A DNA stretch of 64,000 nucleotides. Origin: Puccinia triticina. Taxonomy: Eukaryota. A model generated the notes under the pieces. That model was not told the DNA's origin. It did not search any database and worked only from the letters and a program-made list of their open reading frames with translations. Shown here piece after piece: positions 24,601 through 36,855 of the stretch. The DNA lies in contig CP110440.1 of assembly GCA_026914245.1 (NCBI GenBank), positions 434,001 through 498,000 of the forward strand. The letters are read 5' to 3'. Within the stretch, counting starts at the first letter, position 1, and each line of letters opens with the position of its first letter. The position numbers and the translations under genes were made by a program.

Positions 24601-26521
24601 AGCGGTTCCGCCGTAGAAGATATCATTGGTCGGACTAGGACATTTGATTGATTTCGTAATCGAGTTCGAAAGATCTCTGATTTCGATCGTTTGAGAGGTT
24701 TTGTCCAGGACGGCAAACCGGTTACGAGCCACAAACAAGGCAGCTTGTCCATTTCCGCGTTTGCCTTCGGAGGATGAATCACGCACTTCACCCGCATTCA
24801 TGTCTTTGGGCAAGTTGACTAATTCATACATTCCGTTTTCGGCAGGCTACCAATGGGTCATTCTTAGTTCAGAAAGGGAACCTGAAATGGTGAAGAGGGA
24901 CACATACCGAAGTGACCAATACTGCTCGTTCAGCTGGGTTGTAACTAAGCGTACGCGGCTGGACATATTGACTTCCCAGTTTCTTGACGCTAATCACGCT
25001 GACGTCCGAGCCTGTCGACAGATCGTGGACCCGAACATACTTATCGCGAATGTAGAATAAAGTATTGCCATGTAAGCTAAACGCCGGTCGTTCACGGTCG
25101 AGCTTGAACACGATCAAACCGGTATCGTGACCAGCAGCAAAGAGATTGAGCTCGGGGTGGGCTGTCAACACCCAGAACCGATCATTCTCTCGTCTGAAGG
25201 TTTGAACCGCTGTTCTTTTACTCATGTCCCACACACGAATGGTCTTATCCTCCGAGTCGGAAATGATTAATTCATGTTTTGGATGAAACAAGACGGCAGA
25301 ACTGATACAGTCAATCTTAGTCAGCTCTCAAATCATTGGCTTGCTGTTCAAAGGATAGAGGAAGCGCGAACATGTTGTTGAAATGCCCGCGGCAAGTGTC
25401 CACCTCCCATGCTTTCGTCTCACTCATTCTCCACAGTTTGACTTGTCGGTCGTCACCACAAGAGACAATAAGGGGCAGGGTAGGGTGAAAGGTTGCCCAG
25501 TTGACACCCCGATCATGTCCCTCGAGAACATATTTGACGACTGCATCGGTATTACCAAAGAGATCGGCTTGTCCAGAATTAGCCCGCTGAACTTGGTCTT
25601 CGAATGACATTGGCTGAGCTGTGGTAGTTTTCTTTCGAAGTCCGGTTATATCCCACACCCGAACACTAGAAACGAAAGGCAACTGAGCTTTGCGACAAAA
25701 ATAATCAAAGATGTGTAGGCTGTTTTCTTCTTACGTTTGATCCATGGAACATGATACGATGTAGTCATCCTTTGGATGAAACTCGGCATACATGATGTAG
25801 TGGCTGTCAAAAAGGGAAAGAAGGGAGGTGGTCAACCTGTGTAAGAAACTTGGAATCAATAAAAAGTAAGTTACTTGTGACCGGTAAGAATCGCAATACA
25901 TTGTCGCGATTGCCAGTTCCAGATCCTGATCGTCTGGTCATCCGAAGCAGAAAGAATCCAGGGGTGTTCGCGATGAAAAGATACTGATCGGACGTAGTCT
26001 AGATGGCCGTGCAGAGTGAATAGACATCGTCGTTGTTTATAATTCCAAACCTAGAATATCCAAGGGAATCACAAAGGCCAGGGGATGAATTGAGACTGCT
26101 TGGGCTTAGTCTGCTCGATTGAAGTGATAGTTCTCTACTGACCTTGATCTTGTAGTCATCACCACCCGAGACGAATAGTGGTTGACTGGGATGGAAAGCG
26201 ATTCCACGAACGGGCCCTGGAAAAATGGCCAATCGTTAGTGTTGGTAGTGAGCAGGATATTGGAGAGAGGAAGGGTGGTACCATCGTGTTCATCGAATCT
26301 TTCGACGAGAGTGCCCATCTGAAAGTTCCACATCTGGATGCTACCCGAGTGGAGGGAAGCAGCCAGGAGAGTCAACTTGGGATGGAAGGCTATCCCCTTG
26401 ACCCGGTTGGACTTGGACTCGAACTGATTTGGGAAGGCGAGGAGGGGGCATGTTGTTAGTTCTCTAATATCACCCGCGCTGGAGGATGGCCAGGTGCACC
26501 AACCTTGGTGAGCATCTGCAT
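21668..26521 (-). CDS. COP1: Coatomer subunit alpha (alpha-COP), multi-exon
   Basis: [23 protein letters not shown]40 repeats ([20 protein letters not shown]). [62 protein letters not shown]-terminus [16 protein letters not shown] introns. Confidence 0.97.
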
Positions 26522-26865
26522 CGTGGGCGGCTGGAAGGGTTAAGAGATAGAGGTGCGCTGGTTCGGAGCGATCGGCGGATATTTCGAGTATGTTTCCTGT
26601 CTTGCGATGTTCGACTGCTCCAGTCTCATCCAATCGATGGCTTCAGCGTGTCGTGAGTAGTTTTCTTGCTGCTGCTGGTGTCGTGGTGGTGGTGTATTGG
26701 TCTCCCCGCGAAATCTGGGTTTGGCTGCGTCATCGGGTGGAGGCCCGACACCTGTCACGCATGCACAGCCCGCCCGCTGCGCAGCCCACCCGCACTGCGC
26801 ACTGCGCTGCCCATCGTCTGTGGTTCCGCCCTTGGCCACCAAAACTTCCGAGCCACCACCAAGCA
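26522..26865. promoter_or_regulatory. Probable bidirectional promoter between COP1 and SDA1
   Basis: 344-bp GC-rich head-to-head spacer between the two start codons. Inferred from geometry only. Confidence 0.55.
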
Positions 26866-29800
26866 ATGGATCCCTCATCCCGTAGACCAGACCGTGGTCT
26901 GCGATTAATCGCGTCAGTAGAAGTCTCTATCCGTTGACCGACTCAGGCTGAACTCTTTCTCCCTGCTTGCGGTCGATCGATCTTCCTACTCAGAAATTTA
27001 CCAGCCTTACAGAACTTGATCAAGCGAGACCCAGATTCGTATGCGGCCGAGTTTGCTACCCAATGGGATCACTACCAGTCACTCCGGTCGGTCATCCAGC
27101 TCGGGCTCAGCGTCGCTGGTGGCGGTGACCTCATCGGTGCCGGTAGCACTACTCAAACCGGCGCCAGTGTTAACAATAAAGGCCGAAGGGAGACCGAAGA
27201 CAAATTCAAGGATGTAATCGGATTCCTAGCTCAGGTATCTGATCTTCTCCGATTTCACATATACAGATTGTACAGTCTGTTCTCATCAAAGCTCATATCA
27301 CCTCTCTCTCTTTCCACTTTAGACTGCTCCTTGCTTTGCTGCCAAGCAAAACCCTATCAGACCCGTCAAATCCTTGCCATCAGAGCTATCCAGCCTCTTG
27401 TTAGAAAGGCACGACAGGTTACAGCCTGAAACTAGGAAAGCATTGGTCCAAGCCCTAGTGGGCATACGTCGAAAAGACCCCACCAACTGCATGCTCACTA
27501 ATCTCGAGTAAGCTTTCCCATCAGTACCAGGCTCCTTTGAGATGATTGAATGGACTTATGTTGTCTTCTTTTTTGGCTGAATTGTCCTTGTAGATTATTG
27601 CACGTACTCTTTGCGTTGCTACCCCTGACTACATCGCCCACCTTGAGAGCTTCTATCTTGAAGACAATCCTGACTGATATCAAGATGGCAAACAAGAAGG
27701 CCAAAAACCAAAAACTGAATCGATCGATCCAAGGCCTTCTATTTAGCATGGTCGAAAGCGGGATCAACTTACCCAGCGGCACCGGTGGATCAGCGCTGGA
27801 AGGTACAGGCATCAAAAAGATCAAGGTTAAAGGCCAACATTCCGAGGCTAAAACCAGCGGCCGAGAGGCCATGTGGGCCGTCAAACTTGCATCCGAGCTG
27901 TGGCGCAAAGGGATTTGGAACGACTCGAAAACTATTCGAATCCTAGCAGACGCTTGCTTCCATTGTAATACCAAGGTCCAATCAGCCGCCATCCACTTCT
28001 TCCTCGCCGATCCCGAGTCTTCGGGTGCCTGTGCAGACGATCAGGATAGCGATAACGACCAGCACGAAGAGATCAACGTCCGTCAAGTCAAACATGTCCA
28101 AACTATCAACAAGAAGAGGAAATCAACTGAGAAGAAAACCGAAAAGAAAATTAAAGCCGCTGCCAAACTACAACGAGCCAAGGAAGCCGGTGCCTCACGC
28201 GTTGACTCTAACTTCTCTGCGCTACACTTGATTCAAGATCCACAGCACCTCGCAGAAGAGTTATATGAAGCTTTGATGCGAAACGACAAGGTCTATACAC
28301 TTGAGCACAAGGTTCTTATCCTCCGGCTTTTCTCTAGGATCAGCTCAGCACACAAACTGCAAGTCCTACCGTTCTACTCCTATGTACTCAAGTACATCGT
28401 TCACCATCAACTCGAAGTCACTTCGATCCTCGCTTCCCTGGCAGAATCGGTCCATGAGCTCACCCCACCAGATGTGTTAACACCATGCTTACGCAAGCTC
28501 GCCAACGAGTTCGTCCACCCTGGAGTTGCCTCGACCGTCATCGCGGCGGGCTTGAACAGTATAGCCCAAATCTGTCGGCGTCAGCCGCTGGCGATGGAGC
28601 CTGACTTGCTGGCTGATCTGGTGGAGTATCGGAAGAGTAAGGACAAGGGCGTGATTGCTGCCTCGCGCGGGCTACTCGGCCTGTTCAGAGAGGTCAACCC
28701 GACGATCTTGAAGAGCCGGGACCTGGGCAAGAAGGCGGCAATGGAGAAGCAGAAGGCTCGCTCCGGCGCGCCTCCCTCCGAGCTCGTCCCCGGACTGAGT
28801 AAACAGGTGGCCAGGTACGGCGAGATCCGAGGTGAAATCTCTTCCATCGCCGGACTGGACTTGCTTGAACAGGCCATCTCCACCGACAATCGGGACCGAC
28901 AGGATGGCGCCGATGAGGATGGGGACGACTTGGAGGGCTGGGAGGTTGCGTCGAGCGACGGTGACGATTCAGACTCTGATGGCGGCGGTTGGATTGACGT
29001 CAGTAGCGACGGAGGCAGTGACCTAGACGTATCTGACTCCAGCGACGAGGACTCGGATGATGAGGCAGAAAGCTCTAGAAACAAGAAAAAGCGCAAAACG
29101 TCCAGATCGACCCGCAAACGGAAAACGGAAACTGCAGGATCTGATGATGGTGCCGAATCGGATGAAGAGGGTGATACTGTTAGCCAAGCTGGAAGCAACG
29201 CTCCTAAACCGCTTTCTGAGAGTCTAGCAGCTACAAAAGTAAGTGGATCTCCAGACCTAATATCGGGGGTGGGACAAAGCAGGCGGAAAGATACTGATAT
29301 AAAATCTCCGGTGTACAGATCCTCACCCCTGCAGATTTCGCACGACTAAACGAGCTGAAGATCAATGCGATTGAAGATGCCGCGAAAGCGTCGGGATCGA
29401 AGAACGAGAACTCAGTGCACCAAAAGCTGCTGAAAGAGCTCCGCAAGCGGGCCTACCACGACCCACAGGGTCTGACCACGTTCGATGCAGATCTTGCGGG
29501 TGGAGGACAGCACCATGTGACTGAGGGAGATATCATCGGCAAGCAGAAGAAGGCTAAACAGGACTACGAGGAACGAATGGCTTCGATCCAGGCTGGTCGG
29601 GAGGGGCGCGAAAAATTCGGAAGTAATAAGGTCCGAGGACGGAAAGGATTGAAGAACGGCGCGACTGGTAGTAGCACTAATGAGGCCAAGTCTCGCCAAA
29701 AGTCTTTTGCTATGACTCAGAACTCAAATAAAGTAAGCCGCGAAATCGCTCTCTCCCCCACCCAACCCCACTTTGTTTTTCTTTACTAAGATTTTATTTG

Positions 29801-29918
29801 GCTCTTGTTTACATCTTAGGTGAGGAGTAAGAAAGGCGCCTCGTTGAGAGACCGTCAGAAAGTCTTGCGCGCTCATATTGACCGCAAGAAGCGTGGAGGT
29901 CGTCGTGGAAACAAGTGA
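26866..29918 (+). CDS. SDA1: SDA1, 60S ribosome biogenesis factor, multi-exon
   Basis: NLPALQNLIKRDPDSY, ELWRKGIWND, SVHELTPPD, LANEFVHPGV, GLNSI, YRKSKDKGV, an acidic tract, TKILTPADF, GREGREKFGS, SSTNEAK and C-terminal LRAHIDRKKRGGRRGNK*. Confidence 0.95.
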
Positions 29919-31505
29919 TTCAAAGTTGCTTAGCCCATTCACTGCGCTTTTGCTATTGTCGCTTTTCTTCCTGCCATCATTTCTCTCTCCTGATTACTCG
30001 AGATCGGTCTCTCCTCGCCTGTTTGATGCCATTGAAGTTATATGATTGTGCGGAGGATATATATGCACAGCATTGGAACTCGGACCATGACCCCATTAAG
30101 AATGTGATGGACTCCGGAATTAATCAAGTTATCGATCGGGTGGTTACAACTGGCTCGGTTCAGGATCTCTTACGATAGAGACTTCGAGTCTTGGGACATA
30201 CATGTAACAATCCAGTGGCGGTGGAAAATGCTGAAGGGGCAGGAAGTTGGTTTTGATTTTGTTCAGTGAGTTTGCTAAAGTCCCATCGATCAACAAGCAG
30301 CCGACCCTGACCGGAAGTGGGCCGGTGGTGACTGCGACACTCGGCAGGCCGGCGTCTCAGGACTGCGGTGGGGTCTGGTTTGAAGAAATCCCTCACAGCT
30401 GGTGAACGAACGGCATTCGCACTGCTGTGTCCTGTGGCCCCGACTACCGTGGTCTGCCGCGGTCAGCTCAGAAGCTTTGGAGTCTCCGTCGGCATTGATC
30501 CCTTCCCAAAACCTAAATCGATAAGGAAACGATAACAGCCGCTTGTATGCACATCTCAGCCCCGCTGCCGATAGTGGCGCGCTCCAGTCCTTGCCGAGGA
30601 TTTATGTCTATGTACAATACTTGCACCAGCTTCAGACATCTGCAGGGGGCTGCACCCTCCGTCAAGTTCCATACAAATCACTCTCACCGCAAGTGGATTC
30701 AGGGAGGATTTTCGTTTCTTGCGAGACCTTCAATGCCAATTGAACTGTGCCTCTGTGGGAGGCGCCATCCTCCGGTCAAATGTAACAAGTGTGAGGTTTT
30801 ATCCCTCTGCGCGAGGAGGAAAGGGCTCTGAGTCAATCGAGATCTCCTTACACAGCTGAGATACTCCAGTTCAAAATAAACCCCGCATCATCCTGAGGCA
30901 CCAATCTGAGTGATAACTTCTTGTTGTAAAACAAAAGCGCGCCTGCTCTCACAGCCAAAAGCTCCTTGTCGATGATAAATATGGCATCACCGACCAACAC
31001 AAATGCATACAGAGCCTTTTGTTTGCAAGTCATACAGAATTGGCAGGGGTGCCCCAGACCCGCAGCTGGGAGAAAATGTTACAAAAAAGAGAGCACTAGC
31101 TTTGATCGATGCCAGAGTCACTTTTTTGCCGCTTCCTAGCCTAGCCCCTAGGGCCATTCACAAACCTCACAGCAATATTTCAAACCAGCTGTTATCCCTA
31201 TTCGCCTCACAGCAACTAGGGACATGTGAGCGTGTACAATGGCCATCGTCCATGTCTCAGCGCCCGGGATGATAGGGATTAGTCCTGTTAGTTGGGAGTG
31301 GGCCGGACTGCGAATTACGGTGCATCTGTGTAGGAGAGGTCAAGCAATACGTGGTCTGTCTTCTATTTAATCGGGCGAGCTTTGGACTTCCAACCACCGG
31401 CACTCAACTCAATCAGTCAGTGATTAGATATTAGGCAAAAAAACATACAACGCATCACTCAGACAATTTTCTTTACCTTCCTCAGTTGAAAGACATTCAC
31501 AAAAA

Positions 31506-32183
31506 ATGAATCCAGTGGTTCTATGCGGATGCTTGTATCTATTAATGATGATACCTGGCGGCAGTTCGGCGTCACCGCAAAACAAAGCAAGGCTCTTCAG
31601 CAAACAAAACATGCAGGCCCAGTCTATTTCTGGAGCCAATCACCTTGGGACCAAGTTTACACACGCTTTTGAACCTACTAGCAACTTGGCCGACGGGAAG
31701 CACGACTCTAAAAAGCTTTCTAAACGATTCTACAACTGTTTCTGGAAAGGCCAAGCAGCTGATGAGGTCACTAAAACCCGCAATCTGGAGGCAGCGGCGG
31801 AAAAAAGTCAATCTTCCGGAAGCATGGCGACTACCAAAACAACGCAGAGGGGTTTTAAAAACCGACTAAAAAATCTAAACCAAATAAAAAACATTAGAAA
31901 AAAGTATCGTGGTTCACGCTCCGAACAAGACCAGTCAAGCTCCGAAAATCCCGATGATTCAGGAAATGATGACGAGTTCGTACAGGATGTTAGTTTCAAA
32001 TTCGCAACCAGTGCGAAATCGATGGCATCGGGACCAGGACAGACTGTGATAAATTGGAGTGAATTGCAAAAACTAGACGCGTTAAGAGATATTCAAGACT
32101 CACCGACACATTATCAACATAGAGGAAATATGCGCTTTCATTACCCACCGGTAGATGGCGGATATGGAGGAAATTACTACTAG
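31506..32183 (+). CDS. Secreted protein, candidate effector (225 aa, intronless)
   Basis: The N-terminus MNPVVLCGCLYLLMMIPGGSSA looks like a signal peptide. Long clean ORF with aaaaATG context and an upstream TATA-like ctatttaa near 31363. No recognisable domain. Confidence 0.7.
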   Translation: MNPVVLCGCLYLLMMIPGGSSASPQNKARLFSKQNMQAQSISGANHLGTKFTHAFEPTSNLADGKHDSKKLSKRFYNCFWKGQAADEVTKTRNLEAAAEKSQSSGSMATTKTTQRGFKNRLKNLNQIKNIRKKYRGSRSEQDQSSSENPDDSGNDDEFVQDVSFKFATSAKSMASGPGQTVINWSELQKLDALRDIQDSPTHYQHRGNMRFHYPPVDGGYGGNYY

Positions 32184-32949
32184 TATCAGACGACGATCAT
32201 CTCACATCCAGTTTGGAAACATCAAGTTCAAACAATCAAAGATAAATAAACAGACACCACACCTTGTTACATGACTCTATTTCAGCTTTGCCTCCCCTGA
32301 TCAACAAAATTTTCAAGTAAAAAAAAGATATATATTTTTGGATTTTTCTGTCTTCTTGCTTTTATGAAACAAGACCAATTAAAATCATGCTCCACTTCAA
32401 GTTCTAGCAGTAGGGCAGTCCTTGGATAAATCTTGTCAAAATCAACCTTTGCTAATTTTGAAAGAAGTGTAAGATTGGTCATGGTTTCTCCTTATATGGT
32501 GACTGTAGTGTCACTGGGATTAAGCTGAAGTAAAATTCATGCATGGAAACGCATGGGGTTAAAAAAGTGGCCAGGTTTTGGGTGGAATATGGACTCCCCT
32601 AGACCCACTACTACAATCCAACTATTAATGTTGGTGTCTAGTAGAGATAGCAGTATCATGTCATAAAAAAGATATGACAAATTTCAAAGGTCAAGTAGGG
32701 AACTTTGACCAGTAAAAAAACATAAATAGGCATTATGTGAGCCCATAGTTAAGGGCTTTGCACTACAGCTTGAATCTCAACTTTGGGTTTGTGTTGGCCC
32801 GGCTGCGGGGTCAAAGCGCGGTCTGGTTTGACTTGTCTGCGGCGAATCCCACTGCGGAGGCAGGTCAACGCTGGGGAAGGGTCAGAACTACATTGGTCTG
32901 GACTCTGATCCATCCGACCCGGATTTCATGCCAACACTGCCAACGCATT

Positions 32950-33082
32950 AGCACTGTTCACGTAAGAAATCTATGACCATGTGAGAGATATACATCAGCA
33001 TACTTTCCCAGCCAAATTGGCTGGCAAAATGGGATAAACTTTATTTCAATCTTGCTGATGTTTAGCTTACGTGAACAGTGCT
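32950..33082. mobile_element. 133-bp MITE
   Basis: Perfect 17-bp TIR agcactgttcacgtaag / cttacgtgaacagtgct. TSD att/att. Confidence 0.8.
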
Positions 33083-34414
33083 ATTGTGTCAATGTGACAG
33101 TCACGTCAATTCACTGGCATGGCTTCCTCAGCCAACCAACTTGAGCCCTTCTGAGCAGGCCAACGGGGTATGAAAAGGTTGGGCCTACCTGCTGGCCCCG
33201 TCGTCTTGACTGAATGTCAGACACGCGTCCAATACGGCAGACCAGTAAACAAAGGCTTTCCAGCAGCAGCAAGCCAACAACAAAGGATCACGAAATTACG
33301 TGATCCCCCGTGCAGACCAAGTATATGTTCTCAAGTCTCTTCTCCCCTAGTCCGGCAGAGACCTTGTCTCTCCCGTCTAGGTGAGTACCCTTCCTCTTCT
33401 TTTGCCTATGGTCTTCCTTTCTTCCTTGTAGTGTTCCAAATTGTTGTACTTACAAGAGACCTTGTCTCTCCCGGCTAGCCCCAAGAAATAAAGCCCACAG
33501 ATTGGACCTAGAAAGATCTTAGGCTTTTAGCCTCGTCCCAAGCCCCTTTCAGCATTGTCTTCAGTGAGGGTCCACCAGACCCTTACACGGACCCGCGTCA
33601 AGCATCAGTCATTATTGGCATGCTGTCCGTGTTGGGCAAACTTGAATTGATGAAGATTGCTTTTTTGGATCAAGTGTCCTGTAACTCTTTTTCTGTAAGA
33701 AACAGGTTGCAGGAGTTCTGTTTTTTCAAAAAAAAAAAGAAAAACACAGTTTGGAGAATGCTTGATTACAAAAAAAATGGGAATTGATATATGACTGTCC
33801 ACTGGCAGCCTTCAATGAAGAGTTAACCTACGTGGTAAGTGGAGCATCTATCATTCCAAATTGTTCAGCACAGAGTGCTCAGCCTCCGCGTTTGAGCCTG
33901 GCGCTGTGATTGTTTTGAGGTAGGAATGCTAGCTGACCCTCACAGAAGGTCATTGTTGGAAGATCAGCCAATGGCTTCTATTGTGCAGGTTTTGCGCAAT
34001 GAATTTTGAGATGTGCAAGCCTGGTGCAATGCATTTTGTGTTGGGCAGGGCCTGCGTCAAGGATATGCCGATGCACTTCATTTGCACAGGCCTTGATTCA
34101 TCAATGTGCTGATGCACTTTTGCTGCACAGGCCTTGCATCAAGGATGTGCCAACGGCGGACCTTGACGTAAGGCCGGCATTGGAAGATATGCTGACTACG
34201 GCTCTGACAGCCTCCTGCGTAGAGAAATCAGGTCAGCCACCAAAAAATCCAAAACACTTTGGTGGCGTCTGACATTGATTTGAATTCATTCCAGGAAACA
34301 GACCAGAATCTCATTCTGTTTTTTTTCCTAGATTTTCCCCAGAACATTTTTGGATATGACTGATCAAGCCTCACAAATGCAGGCTCATATACACAAATCA
34401 CTCCATACACTTTA

Positions 34415-34640
34415 CACTGCAAGAAAAAGTCAAGCAACTGCAAGCAGTTGACACACAAGAACTCCAAGAAAGCTTGTGGTATTACACAAGCTCTTGTCAA
34501 GCCTTACTGCTGACCAAGCTTCAATGCACAGTGGCTGTGCAGAAAAAGCTTATGTGTGTTTGACTGGGGCTAGAACAGCAGTTCCACAGCAGTCACACGC
34601 ATGTCAACTGCTAGCAGTTGCTTGAATTTTTCTTGCAGTG
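34415..34640. mobile_element. Short CACTG-terminus MITE
   Basis: cactgcaagaaaaagtcaagcaactgc / gcagttgcttgaatttttcttgcagtg. Flanks tta/gta. Confidence 0.8.
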
Positions 34641-35659
34641 GTATGGTCTGTCTAGCATAGTTCTCAAGGAGCTCTGGTGGGGTCAGTAACATGGTGCTGG
34701 TTTGAGCCCCCCTTTTGGCTGGGTGATTTACTCAGTCCTCATTTTTGAGCCAATCACAGCCTGCGACGGCCCGGAACCATTCCAAATAGCAATACAAAGC
34801 AAATTGGAAGGGGGTTGGCAATCCAAAATATTTTTGGATTGCCCTCCAGTAAATTTTGCCAATTGAAATCATTTTGATGAGCTTGCCTTGTGGTGTACTC
34901 TTGAAAATGGCATGAATTGCCCCACCAAAGGGTATCAATTTTGAGCAAAACCTGGAGTTTCAACACCCCCCTCTTGGGCAAACTTAACACAAGTGTACCC
35001 TCCTCCTACAGGATTGAGACAAATGGCAGGGGAGATGTCACCTTGCCCTATTTTCCCCAATACCTCCCTCTAGAATTCTGATTCTCACCGCGCCTTTGCA
35101 GGCACCATTAGAATCACCAGGATCTCAGTTAAATTTCACCCAATTCAAACTCCTCTTTTTCCCTACCCTCTTGCAAGAAACATCCTGTAAATGTTGTTAC
35201 ATGGTGGATTTCTGTAACCTGCCCCCTTTGAAACCAGTCCACAGTAGGTGGATTGGGCTAGTAATTATGAGGGGCAGTAGGCTAAAAAAAAAGAATGAAA
35301 GATGGTAAAGCAGGCTAGTGAGCTACAAGTCTGTCTACTCAGTTTTTTTTTTCAAACCACAAACTATAGTTTTTAAATCATTTACAAATACACTGTTTTT
35401 TATAAGAAAGACTCGAGTCTGTAGGGCCAATGATGAGATAGAGGTAAGCCTCTCCTTTGGAGAGCGCTTTGCGCCTCCTCGGAGAGGCTTTGTCAAGCTT
35501 GCCTCTTGGGGGGCTTGCCGGGGTCCTATGGAGTTTTGCGTCCGCCGTGTACCTCAAAGTGAACACTGGAAGACTCCCCGTAGGATCTACGCCCCCCGTA
35601 CAGACTAAAATTTCACAGATCTAAACCTTACTTGCTGGTGAAAAGTGATTGAGATCAAG

Positions 35660-36150
35660 TTCTCACCAGCCAGTCGAACTTAACACAAGTCCCTCCTTGT
35701 GCTCGCGGGGCGCAAGCACCCTCCCGCTTGCGGGAGGGACTTGTGCCTAATGTCCCAAATTTGGCTTGAGGCTGCCCAGCCATTTGTCCAAAATTCCCTT
35801 CAAACCCACCTATCACCGTATACCCTTCTGATTTCTTCACAGCCTCGAGTACCATTAGAATCAGCTTTCATTTCTACATAATATCATGTATTCAGCACAA
35901 TACCTACCCCCATCCCCTCAAAGAGAAATTGATGTAAAAAACCCCACTTTAGAGCCTATCCGGCCTTGTGTAGACCGGATAGCGCGTCCGGCCTAAACAC
36001 ATGAAAATAAGGTTGGACATCTCTACCGCAAGCTGCCTGCATGGGATGGCACTCATTTTTAAGTTAATACCAAACGAACCCGTGAGAGCATGTCCAACGG
36101 CAACCTTCGGATGATCCGATGGCTTGTTCACATTGCTCAAGAAGAGCCCT
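35660..36150 (+). repeat. Dispersed repeat; second copy at about 61435-61900
   Basis: Shared blocks cgaacttaac..aagtccc, hairpin ccctcccgcttgcgggaggg, tttggcttgaggctgcccagcca, accattagaatca and gagcct.atc.ggcct. Confidence 0.8.
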
Positions 36151-36855
36151 CGCAAGAATGGCCGCTGAGCGGTCAGTGATGAATGGATTTACTTGAAAAA
36201 ACTTGTACAAGATAGCTAATATCAAGGCCTACAAACTGGCACATGAGGCATGGAAATTGAAGCCAAAAGAGGGGAGTAAAAAGAGATGTAATTTCAAAAA
36301 ACACAATTTTCTCTGTAAAACCCCGTCAGCCTCAGGCCAAGCATGGGACTTTAGTCATAAGCCTCTCCTTCGGAGACGCTTAGTTAAGCTCTCATCCACT
36401 ATAAATATTTATGTGTACTCCGAGTAGCTCTCCCACAGAATATTGAAGCGTTGCCAAAAAGGTCCCAAAAACTGTGCCGTGAGAGAAGGAGCATCCAAAC
36501 GTTTCCAAAACCATTTCAAATGGTTCTGGAGATATTTTTCAAACCAAATTGGTTTCCAAAATATTTTCAAAACCACCTCAGGTGGTTCCAGAAATATTTT
36601 AAAAATATCTGAAAATGGTTAGTCCGACTCGTTCTTCAGGACGTCCGGACTCAATTGAAAAAAATATTTTGAAAACCAATCATACTGGTTTTCAAAATAT
36701 TTTGTTGCACCCGTGGTGTAGCCTACAGGCGGGAGGGGTCGAGGGCCCCCGGCCCAGACTCAGAGACAAGTTGAGCCAAGCGCTCACCAAGATTTTTTTG
36801 ACATCTGCGATTCCTTCTCTTCGCTTGAGGAGTCTACTACACATAAATAAGTACA

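Noticed and set aside
28581..29198. Long antisense ORFs (also 56742-57452, 6405-7214 and 56348-56767)
   Set aside because: Shadow frames of real GC-rich coding sequence on the opposite strand.
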